Assembly (NCBI GenBank): GCA_951406725.2
Contig: OX597828.1
Coordinates: 33,232,001-33,296,000, forward strand
Length of the DNA: 64,000 nt
Source: Octopus vulgaris
Lineage: Eukaryota
Reading direction: 5' to 3'
In this document: piece after piece, positions 27,665 to 40,888 of the stretch
Layout: every line of letters begins with the position of its first letter
How positions within the stretch are numbered: position 1 is the first letter of the stretch
Program-made: the position numbers and the translations under genes
Notes under the pieces: model-generated
Database searches by the model: none
Seen by the model: only the letters and a program-made list of their open reading frames with translations
What the model was told of the DNA's origin: nothing

Positions 27665-28384
27665 AACTAACCCCGGATGGGAAGATCTGCAAACAGATCT
27701 CTGGTTTGTTTTGGAGAATTTGTTGCAATTGATTCTTCCAGAGTCATACCCCAATGAGGATCATATTCGTCGCAAAAATTCATGTAAAAAGATTGCCAAA
27801 CACAATCGTAGTAATAAAAACATAGGCATGCAAAATTTCAGGATTGCAGGTGCGGATTCTGCCCGGAGTGTTTTTAACTTACTCACAGAATTAGCCTTTA
27901 GATTATAAAAATTGTTATCCTACAAAAAATTTTGTCGGAAAAAGTAACGTAAAAAAAAATCGCCATAAACGATCACAGTAATTAAAACTTGGGAATCCAA
28001 AATTTCAGTATTCTGAGTTTGGATTCGGCCCGGAATGTTATCAATTTACTCACGAAGTCAGCCTGATTCCAAAATGGTGTGATATATTGAGCTACGGCCT
28101 CTGGGGGTAAAGTTGAAAAAGTGTAACACACTGACTTTAGCACGTTGGGCGAAATGCTTATCAGTATTTCGTCTGCCGTTAGGTTTTAAGTTCGAATTCC
28201 GCGGCGATCTACTCTGCCTTTCACCCTTTCGGTGTCGATAAAATTAGTACCAGTTACGTACTGGTGTCGATGTAATCGACTTAATCCCTTCTCCTAAAAG
28301 TTGAGGCCTTGTGCTTCTAGTAGAAAGGGTTTATTAAAGTTGAAAAGGTGTGACGCACTGACATTCACATTTATTATATTAGAT
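27665..28384 (-). mobile_element. Probable older non-autonomous Helitron-like element interrupted by SINE D (28136-28335)
   Basis: Minus 5' end tctaatataataaatgtgaatg. Internal diverged duplication at about 27830-27900 and 27997-28065. Confidence 0.4.
28136..28335 (+). mobile_element. SINE family D, 5'-clipped
   Basis: Matches 48745-48890. Confidence 0.85.
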
Positions 28385-28431
28385 ACGTTTAATTTTGGGG
28401 AAACTTTATTTCAATTAAATTGTATTATATA

Positions 28432-28839
28432 CTAGCAGTATCGCCCGGCGTTGCTCGGGTTTGTAAGGGAAATAACTATATAAGCATTTTTAGAGAGTTA
28501 TAGCCAAAAAATAGCAAAAGAATGCATTAAAAATGGAAAAAAAATTATGGTAATTTTTTTTAAAAATCGTTGACTCATCGTAGACATTTTTAAAGAGTTA
28601 CTTCCTTGTATAATAGCGAAAAAAATGCAGTAAAATGGAAAAAATGATGGTAAATTTTTTTTTAAATCGTAGACTCATCGTAGACTCATCGTAGACGCGC
28701 GCTAATACCCAGAAAGGCTCGATATGAATAATGACTATAAGATACCCGGTTTTGGTTAAACTGCACCGCAAAATGTGGGAGTAGTTAGGAATCTAAATCG
28801 TAGGAGACAGACACACAACTTCACTTTTATATATAAAGA
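28432..28839 (-). mobile_element. Non-autonomous Helitron
   Basis: Minus strand starts TC (tctttatatataaaag) and ends with hairpin cccg-agcaacgc-cggg followed by CTAG. Sits between host A and T. Confidence 0.85.
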
Positions 28840-28858
28840 TATATATATGTATGTTTGT

Positions 28859-28912
<54 letters not shown>

Positions 28913-29938
28913 ATTAAAGAAAGCAAAACATTATAGCAAAAAACGATAGCGTGCTGTATCTTTTATTATTACTCCCACTGCTACCATCAACACCACTACT
29001 TTTAATAAAACATCACCAACACTCCCTGAATGTTTTGTCTCTCTTTCTCTTCCTCTCTTTTTATTTCTCTCTCTCTATCTCTCTCTCTGCCTGCTTCACC
29101 ACCTTCTTCACCGTCTCTATGACTACTATTACTCTTACCCCCATCATGAGGAATAGTAAGAGTATCATTGAATAGTGAGAGAGGGTGTCTAAGTGTGACA
29201 CAGAAATTAGTTTTCACATTTATTATATTAGATATATATGTTAATATATATATTTGTATATACGTCTCTCTTTCTCTTTCTCTCTCTCTATCTGTCTATA
29301 TGTGTGTGCGTGTCTGCACACATGTACATAGACACACATGGAAACATGTGTATGTATGTGAATGTGTGTGGGGTATGTGCGAATGTATGTGTATGTATGT
29401 GTGTACGTAGATCCAGGTGTGTATGTGTGTGCGTGGATGTGTGTGGATCTATATATAAATGCGTGTGTGGATATGTGGATTTACGTATGTATGTGTGTGT
29501 ATATATGTGATTAGGTGGAGGAACACCGTGCCAGCTGTGAAGAATTAATAAGATGACCTCAAATAGAACGATCCACAAAGGTCATCTTTTGAGAAAAACT
29601 TCATATTTTTTACCATTCCTGAAGCATTCCACTTCTTTATGCCTGGTAGTCTAATCTTTTCTCCCTACCATTTTCAACTATCTTTTGTCTTCCTCCTCTT
29701 ACTCTTTACTCTCCTCCTACTTTCCTCTTCATCTTCTTCATGTTCAATTTCCTTCTTTTCCGTTTATTCTTCTTCTTTTTCCTTTTTTGTTTTCCTTCTT
29801 CTTTTCTTCTTCTTTTTTCACAGGTGTTGTTTATTTACTTCTTGTATTCTTTTTTTATTTTTTATATTCGTTATTATTTTTTATTTTTTTTATTTTATTT
29901 TCTCTCTTTTAATTTCTATTTTCTTATTTTATTTTTTA

Positions 29939-30336
29939 CTAGCAGTATCGCCCGGCGTTGCTCGGGTTTGTAAGGGAAATAACTATATAAGCATTTTCAG
30001 AGAGTTATAGCCAAAAAATAGCAACAAAATGCATTAAAAATGGAAAAATATGATGGTAATTTTTTTTTAAATCGTTGACTCATCGTAGACATTTTTAGAG
30101 AGTTACTTACTTCCTTTATATAATAGCGAAAAAATGCATTAAAATAGAAAAAAATGATGGTAATTTTTTTTTAAATCGTACACTCATCGTAGACGCGCGC
30201 TAATACCCAGAAGGGCTCGATATGAATCATGACTATAAGATACCGGTTTTGGTTAAACTGCACCGCAAAATGTTGGAGTAGTTAGGAATCTAAATCGTAG
30301 GAGACAGACACACAACTTCACTTTTATATATAAAGA
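29939..30336 (-). mobile_element. Non-autonomous Helitron, second copy
   Basis: Near-identical to 28432-28839, same termini and A|T site. Confidence 0.85.
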
Positions 30337-30539
30337 TTTGTATACTTGTAAGAAATAACCTTTTGCTATATAAGCAACCTTCTAGACCACAGAATTTCAG
30401 TTTGAAGACGGCTATCAAAAAGCTCGAAACTCATTAGAGTAACTGTAAACATTATCATTGAAATAAAAATTATCCCCCCCAAAACCATCTCCGTTCTTTT
30501 CATATATATATACATGTGTGTGAGTGTGTGTGAGTGTAT

Positions 30540-30795
30540 GTGTTTGTCTGTGAGAGTGTGTGTCTGTGTTTGTGTGTCTTTATGATGGTATTTGTCCTCC
30601 ACCACCGCTTGACAACTGGTGTCGGTGTGTTCACGTCCCCGTAACATAGCAGTTCGCGAAAGTGACTGTTAGAACAAGTACTAGCCTTAAAAAGGAGAAA
30701 AAGGCCTGTGGCCGATTTGTTCGGTTGAATATGCTTCAAGGCGGTGCTCCAGCATGACCGCAGTCAAATAACTGACACAAATAAAATATAAAAAG
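30540..30795 (+). mobile_element. SINE family A 3' half, diverged
   Basis: gcttgacaac..cgtccccgtaac..aaggcggtgctccagcatg..cagtcaaa. Confidence 0.8.
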
Positions 30796-31180
30796 ATAGA
30801 AGTCAACACTTGCAGTTCTTGATTTTACATGTGAATAAATGAATATTTAACATCTTCTATTTCAGACAATCAAAGACACGAATTTTAAGAAATATTGTGT
30901 TTTGCTTTTTTTTGGCTTTTTGTTCTATTTTTTCAAATCAACCGCATTTAAGAGTATTTATGAATATTTTTTGCAGATTTATATTGTCACACATCTTTAC
31001 CCAGTCGTTGGATTAAACGGCAGCGTAATTGGAACCCGATAAGCTTTTGGAAAGTTTCAGTTTCTAACAAGATACACACATAATACGTTATGCATTAAAA
31101 AACGCTTTTTCCTTTCCTTTGTTCCCTTGTAACCACATTCATTTACCAGTTCCATATGAACGTGTGTATATGTGTGAATG

Positions 31181-31216
<36 letters not shown>

Positions 31217-31248
31217 CATACATATATGTATATATATATATGCATATA

Positions 31249-31307
<59 letters not shown>

Positions 31308-31569
31308 TTATATGTATATATATATATATACCAGTGCTTTATTCAATCATGAGTTATCTCATTATAAGAGGTGATGCAATTAGCTCCATTTATCGCAGCT
31401 GTGCGTAAGAGACACATTGCGTCTTCAGAGCTAATCTAACATCAAACGACAAATGCACCCACACGCAGATTTAAGCCTACATACATACACATACACACGC
31501 ACACGCACACACTCATACACACGCATTGTTTACGTCACAAGAATTATTTCTTATATACATGCATACATG

Positions 31570-31610
<41 letters not shown>

Positions 31611-34088
31611 AAAGCTTCGTTTTTATTTTCTCTTGACTTTTCTTCATCCTTTCATACCCACCTTATCTGTTTATGTCTCATTTTCTCTAGTTGTTTACTA
31701 AATACTCAGTAATATTTACCCTTTCCTTCTTAAGAGATACTGCATTTTTAGACATCCATTTCCCGTTGAAGTAAGTGAAATAAAATTGTTTCTATCTCCA
31801 GATGAACTGCTGATCTGCTTGACCAACTTCTACGCGGGCATCACTTCACTCCTGCCATCACTACAGTCCGATTTTAGCAATGCATTTATTTATCTTTAAG
31901 CCGTTATATATTGCCAAAGAATTAGATTTTGACGACAACTCTAAAGCTCTAAACAGTTTTATATGATATTTCTTTACTGTTTCAAATAATCATGGTCTGT
32001 ATGTAGTTTAGAACAATTCTAGTTCTTTGCATAATTTCATAACCAGTAAAGAAATTGTCTTCTCCGGCGGCAATTCCTTCGTTTGTTTTGAAATTAACCA
32101 GGTTGTTTTCGTAATTTCTCTTCCCAAGAGTTTTATAACAGCGTAATTTTTCTGGTCAGAATATTCAAAATTTATATACGATTTAGAATAGTCCGTACCC
32201 TCCATATAATAGAAGTTGTATGGCGTTTTAATTGTTTTGCTCTTGCCTCTCGTAGGTGGACAACTGAGATATTAAGAATGATTAAAATTGAATGCAGTCT
32301 TGTCTGTGACACATATATTGACAGTTACGTACGTGTGGTGTGTACGTTTTTACTTGTTTCAGGCTTATTATTATTCTTCAGCGAAGCATAGCTCTGGCTC
32401 ATCATAAATTTATCGGCTGCGGAACAACGAAAGTCAAAGTGGACTTTAAAACTTAGACGTAACCAACAAAATCCCATAAGATGTTTATGCTTCACTACTC
32501 CAGGCAATAAATTGATTTCTTCTAAAGATAGATATACGACCACAAACTTTACTGAAAGTGTAATCGATGAAATTAAATGATAGCCATTATTTATTCCTGA
32601 AAACAAGAAAAAAGCAGGGTCAATCTTTACAGCATTTGAACGCGAAAGCAACGGAACGAAATACAAGACGTTTTGTCTGTCGCTTTACTATTTCAGCCAT
32701 TCTGATGCTCAGTCCATTGGTAACGCATTTAAACAAGTGATATGCAATGGTATATGATTTCCGCTACTTCTTTCTTCTTTCTTTCTCTTTCTTCCCTTAT
32801 GAATGAAACACATCTATCCAAAGAACGACTCATATAATAGTATTAGCAGATAATATGACGATTTTGAACATTGTCAGAAAACGATAAATTAACAGGAAGT
32901 GGGGTAACTGGGAAATAAATTGATTTAACCCCTTTTTCCAAGAAATGTCAAGCAGTCATTATATCAACTCCCATAAAAATTAATGATAGGCGAAAAAAAT
33001 CGACCAAAACTGAATGAGAACTCAGAACTTAAGCGAACAGACTGTAGAATATACTGTGAGGCATTTAGAACGGCACTGTAACGGCACTGTCACCCCTTCG
33101 CCCCTTTTTCTGACAGATAATATATTATTGCTAAATTGACATCAAGTCCTTCTATTTCTACAACATCAGCATAAAATAATGTTGTTGTTTTCTGGCGTGC
33201 TACGAACACCTACTTATTAAGTATATAGCGATGTTTCATCACAACACATTTATCTAAGCTTGCTCGTCTTACAACGCTTAACACTTTATAGATTTCTTTT
33301 GCAATTATTTCGCTTTTAACAGCTTTTACTAAATTATAATGCTCGTTACGAAAGCACATCAAATACTTGCAGATTTCTAAAGGCAATTTCATTCTATAAC
33401 ATGTGCATGTTCTCCTATGATAACGATACTCTGAAGTATTTCCTTAATAGAAATTCAATCTTTCTTCTCACTGCAAAAGATGCAACGTTCGTAACCTTAC
33501 CATAGTTTGATAAAAGCCTATCACCCACTGATGGAAACTTCTTTATTTTATTTCAAGAAACACCGAAACTTTAAATAAGACACTCAATCATTCAAATGAT
33601 GGCATAAATTACTTGCTACATACAAGCTGTCTACTTACGGAATAATTGTGGTATGTTAATACGGAATTAATCTCGTTTTAGCAACTATTCCCTCATCAAA
33701 TTGCTTTCGTAACTTTTCCAACATATTCAAACAGCAAAGCATTTTACGTTGAATGATTTAATGAAATCTAATGTTTCGTTCCATTATCATTTTTATTATT
33801 ATTAATAGTAGTAGTAGTAGTAGTTGTAGTATTAGTATTCTAAACTCCATTGTAGCAGAGAAAAACAACACAGTTTCGGCTTTGGATTGAAACTAATTAA
33901 CAGGTATACCATTAATGGTATTAGAATAACTACAACCATAATCACGATTTCCTAATTCTCTTCTATCAAATATGCAACACATTCGTGTTCATCAGCGATT
34001 CCAGAATGAGTTGATAAAGAACACGGAATAAAATTACAAGAGAGAGTCAGATGTAACGACAAAGATTTTTACATCGGCAGTAGATTTA

Positions 34089-34183
<95 letters not shown>

Positions 34184-34519
34184 GTACACGCACATACACA
34201 CAGATACACACATACATAATTATATATATCTGATCGTGTGTGTGTTGAGACGCAGATGTGACTATGTCACAAGAAGTTTTCATCCCAACCACAAGGTTCC
34301 AAGATCGTTCCCACAGCGCGGCAACTTGGTCAAGTGTTTATTACTATAGAAATGAACCTGTCGGATACATACAATTATGCTTAATATGTATGTATATATA
34401 TATGCGTGTGTGTGTGTGTATATATATGCATGTATATCTCTAAGCATATATGTATGTATGTGCAGATTCGTGTTATATATATGTATTCTCATACATATTG
34501 TTGCGTATCTAGACATTCT

Positions 34520-35185
34520 TATTTTTCGACGGATTTCATTGTGGTGTGTCCTGCCTACATCATATTTCATCGGTAGATAATACAGTGATTCGGACAACAG
34601 CTTATGATGTGGGCAATACCTTCAGTGTGAGCTCCACAAAGTCTGCTTCGGTTGTCACATTTTACTGCGTTTATGTCATCTCAATCTCTTTTGTATATCA
34701 GGTACTTGGTTGATATTTCCTGTTCCTGGATTGCAAACGTATACCCTTCAAAGTGGGGGGTAGCAATTCGGCTATTGGTTCATGATAAACTGCTTTGATG
34801 ATCGATGTTACTATCATCATGGAGCTTTCTACCAACATATCCATGCATAATCTTCTGCTCATATAAGCTCATCCTTTCATCTGATAATACATTCCGGTAG
34901 AATCGTGCCACTTCTTTGGGCATGTATTCTGGGTTATCATCCAAAGAATGTTGCTCAGGAGCTGCCTTCCAAGTCTTATGAGGTTATCAGCTTCATATAT
35001 GCAAACTTGGTCAAGGAATGCACTTCAACGCATGGTGGTTAAAAGATGTTGCCGAAGGGATGTGATGCGACATTCGAAGGCATTTTGGATCGATGTTAAG
35101 CCTCTGCCGCCTTGTTTACGTTTTATGTAGAGGCGGTCTACATCACTGTTTATGTGGAAATTATGTGTGCTTGTTAGTATTTTAA
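34520..35185 (-). mobile_element. R4/Dong-clade LINE fragment (post-RT region and CCHC knuckle)
   Basis: FHINSDVDRLYIKRKQGGRGLTSI, EGYTFAIQEQEISTKYL, RLCGAHTEGIAHIISCCP. Confidence 0.88.
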
Positions 35186-35339
35186 TGTATGTATGCATGT
35201 AAGTACGTATGTATGTGTATATATGTATGTGTATGTATGTATGTATGTATGTATGTATGTATGCATGTATGTATGTATGTATGTATGTATGTATGCATGA
35301 TTGTATGTATGATTGTATGTATGTATGTATGTATGTTAT

Positions 35340-35870
35340 GTCAGGTCACCTTCCAGTGCTACTGGTAACATGTAACCCAGTACAAGCTGTTGCATGGTAG
35401 GGCCGTTGGGGACTAAACCGGCAACCTCACCAAGCTTGCTTGGTGAGGAGGGTGTTTATTGGACACCCTGCAGGATGAAAAACAAAACCCGTCAACGGAC
35501 GGAGGAACTCTTGAGAGTCAACGGCCATCCAATAAATGTGTAATTTCTTTTTCTTCAGGCTTAAGGCTGTATCATGCGCGGGACATAGAAATAATCGGAC
35601 TGAATACCCGATTGCGCGGTTAAACCATTGGAAGTGAAGGACTCCTAGCCTTTATTAGGGCATCCTTCTAGGAAAAGGTAACTCAGGTAACTGAGATAAC
35701 ACCGACATAAAACCTGCGGCTCAGTGGTTACCGATGATGTTGAATTCTTTTCTGATTATGGCTGCTGTTGCCTAGTGAGTGGGACTGACTCAGTGCACAA
35801 CCTTTCCTCACTTAAAAAAAATCTTCCTGCACAGCTGTTCATGATTGTTGATGGTGCTGTGAGTCTAAAC
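35340..35870 (+). mobile_element. Probable LINE (RTE-like) 5' UTR remnant
   Basis: GC-richer non-coding block between microsatellites, with aaaccggcaacc and ctaggaaaagg motifs reminiscent of RTE leaders. No ORF. Confidence 0.35.
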
Positions 35871-36959
35871 TGAATGGCTGGCTGTAGCCTTAAAAAGCAA
35901 ATAAAAGTCACATTCGATCACAGCACCAATAACAGTTAAGCTTCGTGCAATGGCCATACTCGATAACGAGGGGCCAGCCATCATGTATTTATGTTTGTGT
36001 GTATGTATACATGTTTGTGTATGTATGTTTGTGTGTATGCATGTATGCATATAGGTATGTATGTATGAGTGTATGTATACATGTATGTGTGTTTGTGTAT
36101 ATATATGTGTATATATGTACGTATGTATGAATGAATGTATGTAGGTATTATGTATGTATATATGAATGTATGTATGAATGTATGTATGCATGTATGTATG
36201 TGTGTTTATGTATATGTATGTATGTTTGTCTGTGCATATGTACGTATGAATTTATGTATGAATGCATGTATGTATGTATGTACGTATGTATGCGTGTATG
36301 TATGTGCGTTTGTGTATATGTATGTATGCATGTGTATTTGTCTGTGCATACGTATGTATGAATGTATGTATGGATGTATGAATGCATGTATGTCGGTGTG
36401 TATGAAGGTATGTATAATCTGGTACAAAAGTCGGAGAAAATAGAACTCGGATACCAAAAGCTGAGTAAAGTGTAATGTTTCATCGAAGCTGTGAAACTTC
36501 GCAACCTTGTTACTCAGTGTTTCATTCAACCAATTACCAAACACTACTCTCTGATGATCGTTTATATGAAACTCTGGGTAACATTTTGTGACTTTTTCCT
36601 TTTTTGTTTTACAGAAATAGCAACCAAATCACTTTCATGATTATTCCTATCAAAGATGATCAATCGCATTGAAGTTTTCACAGAAGAACCAAATAAATAA
36701 ATTTTTAAAAAAACGAAGAAAAAACAGAAAAACCCAGGGAACTGTTTACCTAATAGCGAGTACTACGCGAACCAAGAACATACTGAGAACGGTGCTCTAG
36801 ATATTAACGCATGAAAACATCTGATGTAGCTTAGATTTTATACACTTTTGTTGGCATTCTTATAGCTTGAAACATCATGTGCCGCTTCTATAACACTGTG
36901 TAACAAAACGATTGGTTAGGAAGAGTTCTTTCCTATTTGCTTCTACCTAGAAATCAGAG

Positions 36960-37255
36960 GAAATATGTATTATTCCCTTCAAACTTTGCTTTTATCACTT
37001 GGACACCAATGTTTTGAAACTGACCTATTTTCCATTACATTTCAGAGAGATTCAGCGATGAGTTGCTGAAGCAGAAATATCGTTATAGCAAATATTCTGC
37101 TCAATACCACAGATATGCTTGTCAGTTGCTTGACCTTAGCCACCTGAGCATGTCCCTTACTGTCTGACAATATGTACATCTCTGATCACGAGCAGGAATA
37201 ATGGGGAAGCATCATGGCCATGGAATGAGAGGGATTCATTCGGATTTAAATAAAT
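36960..37255. repeat. Probable octopus interspersed repeat
   Basis: aatattctgctcaataccacaga...catctctgatcacgagcag recognised from memory as a common cephalopod repeat. Single copy in this window. Confidence 0.4.
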
Positions 37256-37669
37256 GTACCAAAAGCATATTTTGAATGAAATATCAGCCATTTTTCATAA
37301 TTTCCAGGGATATAAACAGGAAATAACAGTCGCTACCCAGGGACAAAAATCGTGTTACACAGCGTAATTCAACTCGCACAACCAGCTTAAAATCTAGCAC
37401 ATCAACTCCTAGAGAATAATCAAGTGAAAAGATGATTATTAAAAGCAGCATTATTATCCAATACGTGTCGTTAAATTGCTAAGAAAGAGTCGATTACACA
37501 TCTGGGAATTTTGCAAACAGCAATCAATCTCTGACATATTTGCAGCGCAATGTCCAAACTAACATCAGAAATTATTCACAACTGTTATTTTATCTGGCCG
37601 AGATTGGTAACTCTCAAACCATACGTGTAAAATATTCTCTCTCTTTCTCTCTTCGCTCTCTCTCTTTAT

Positions 37670-37712
<43 letters not shown>

Positions 37713-38672
37713 CTCAATATGTATGTATTGCTCTCTTTCCATCTCCTTCTCCGTCTCTTTTCAAGTCGCTTAATAAAATTTTGATAGTGAAGCAGCTTAC
37801 CCAATAACCAAATAAACTTTACTAACATCATAAAAAAACCATTAATTTCTCTTTCCAACATCACCTATTCAATTTTGATGAGTAAATTTTATTTACATAT
37901 ATTTATTTTTTAAGTTCTTTTCTTTTATATATATATTTGCTACTTTTGTTTACTTCTTTCTATCATTACTTCAAGTTTGCTTACATTCCATTTTCGATAT
38001 CACCACAAACAACAACAATAAAATATAACTAACATTTTCGATTTCAAAGTTTTTATTAAAAAAACGGAAAAATCGAATTTGTATACGCCATCTTCTCTGA
38101 ATTTAATCATTATGAATCTTGATTATTTTTTTTTCTCTATGTTTATTTCTAAATTTGAAATGTGTAAAACTATTTTCAATAGTATATACGTTCTGATTTG
38201 TCTTTTATTATTCTCACTCTGTCTCTTGTTGAATATTTTCAGACCAAGCGCAGACAAATAACAACCCACCTGTTGTGAACCTGTTTATCACGTTTAAATC
38301 TACCTTTATAAAGTCAAATAATCATTCACTAGAACAATTAGCATGAGAGTTGTCTGTGATTTATAGACATTGCTGTTTTATACATGTGAAAATAAATAGA
38401 TTATTACTAGACAACAGAAGGAAAATAAACATACACACAACACACAAAATCGTATACATAAATGTTTAATACATGCCCAAAGTATTATTGTTTGGTTTTG
38501 CTGCTATCCTCAGTGATGTCATGTTTAGTTAATAAGTTATTGTTAGTATATTTATTTTATTTTTACCTTTTATTTGGTTTAGTCAATCTTCTTTTCCAAA
38601 GCACATCAGCGAGGACGATTCTAAACTTTTGTTTACGTAACAGTAAGCGAGCGAGACATACATGTTTTCCTG

Positions 38673-38673
38673 T

Positions 38674-38756
<83 letters not shown>

Positions 38757-38770
38757 TGTTGTTGTTGTTG
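38673..38770. repeat. (TAG)n-(TTG)n microsatellite
   Basis: Direct inspection. Confidence 0.95.
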
Positions 38771-39065
38771 CTGTCGGCGGGGATTTTTCGTTTGACCAGC
38801 CAGGATCAAAGACAACTATTCAAACCTCGGTATACATGTCCGTTGTCCAACATCCATACTGACGTAGTTCAATATATATTGCAACACTCTCTCTAAATGT
38901 GCAGTGTAATTTTTATTGCAGTAAATAAAACCCTGGGGGACACATGCATCATCTCATTTCGTGCTCTCATGAAGTGGATGTATCGTTGTTTCACTTCCTG
39001 TATTCTGGTCTATAGCAAACAATATTATATCTATGAGTGACCAGGTTCAATTTCGAGACTGAGAT

Positions 39066-39494
39066 CTAACGAAACGCTGAACTGTTCAAAGTACCACCAC
39101 TGCTTACGCTGTAGCAATAATACAAGCCAAAGTATTCCAGAGCTAAGGCAGGAAATAAATTTGGATCGAATGGTTTGGCGTGTTTGTTCTGATCGTTTAT
39201 GATCCAATTTCGAGTACAATTCTTGCCGAGATAAACATTACCTTCTGTCCTTTTGGCTGGGTCAAAGAAATGGAGCAATTTCAGAATCGTTAAAAGATCA
39301 GGTAAGAAGCTTGGCAGTATTTTGTCCGGCTCTTTGCGTTGTGAAAGCAACGCTTGCAACGATACTACTGCCGTGATGTGTTGGCTGAATTTGGCAGCCT
39401 TTTCCGGGTGTACATCTGTAGCAGGGAAACGAGTGAGTAGCATGCATAACGGCTCGCCTTCGTCAAATATCTTACTCTCGTCCGCAAATACATG
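39066..39494 (-). pseudogene. Open frame of unknown product inside a longer decayed coding-like block
   Basis: Stop-free from HVFADESKIF to SSAFR, complex composition, not a microsatellite, no TE motif recognised. Confidence 0.35.
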
Positions 39495-40842
39495 TTAGAT
39501 ACATAGTGAGCATTGAGGGGAAAGGGGTATTTAGCGCCAAATAGTTCATTGCTGTTTTTCAAAACTTCAGCTATGATGCCAAATTCTCAACTTCGTATTT
39601 GGTGCCGGATTCGTTTGTTATACCAAGGCTATAATTTAATGCTATAGCTGCGTGTGGCTTTCATACATTATTAAGTAACAGTGGACTGTCTGTTAATTTA
39701 TTGACACACATACCAGTAATACTTTCCGGCATAAATTATGTTTGTGTTGACTACACCAGCACATCAACGCTTTTTCTTGTTTACAAGGTCTAGATGTTGC
39801 GCAATGAGATTTCTATCGCTATATACACTCACCAAGTGTATATAAATTGAGATACAGCTACATATATTCAATTTGGAGCATTATAACAGAATAGCACAGT
39901 ATTCTCTATACTACTTAACATAGTTGATGCATATTTTCTTTTAAATCTTCGTCTCAGCACGGTATAAGACTTCATACTAATTTTGTGCTGTCTATGCTTC
40001 ATCATCTCATAACTATAAAATACGCTTTTTTCTTTGGAGAAGATTCAACCAATATAATATCTTCCTTTTAGTTCTCTGTCAAAAGCCCTGCAGCGTACAA
40101 TCGTATCTTAAAATTGAACCCCCAAGCTGTTAACAGGAGTTGAAATTCTTTTGATGACGTCTAATATCTTTTGATAAGTCAGACGTTATCTATCCATACG
40201 TTTATTTAGCCTGCTTCTTGTATTACATTCTGTAAAACGTTTGAGTTTAGCAAACTTTCCTTCTCCGGGTTTTGTTGAATCTTCAGACTATATGTTGAAA
40301 GGCATATCATATTTCTTCCCTTTGCTATGACATTGTAAGGCCTATCAAAAGAAGAGCGGTCATGGTTAGAAATTATGGATACATGTTCAGCTCCAAGTAT
40401 CGTCAATGGTTGAGCGCTTAGCAGATGTGATGCGTTTGTGTTCCGACGGTTAGCAACTGCCGAAAGTGATGTGGTCAGGCCTCAGCGTCAATTAACTAAC
40501 AAACACGATATGATCTTTTGTCCTTTCTGATCGACAATTCAATGCGAAGTAACAAACTGTGTATTTGTTTACACATACGAGAGTTTTATATAGTCTCACT
40601 TTCCTAATTATCTGTTTTGGTGTAAACAAAATATCAATTTTGAAGAAACATAGATTAGACAACAATAAAATTTCATTTGAAGATGTCTACAAAAATATTT
40701 ATGTGTAAAAAAAGTGGCATAAAGCCAATAGAGAGCAACTATGTAAGAAGAAGTGTCTAGCACTTTGGCTATTGGAGTATACATATGTGTGTGTCTTTGT
40801 CCGTGTGTGTGTGTTTGTCCGCGTGTGTCTGTGTTTCTCCAC

Positions 40843-40888
<46 letters not shown>

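Noticed and set aside
36552-36580. CTGATGA-tcgtttatat-GAAACTCTGGGTA hammerhead-like core
   Set aside because: No credible stem II or stem I.
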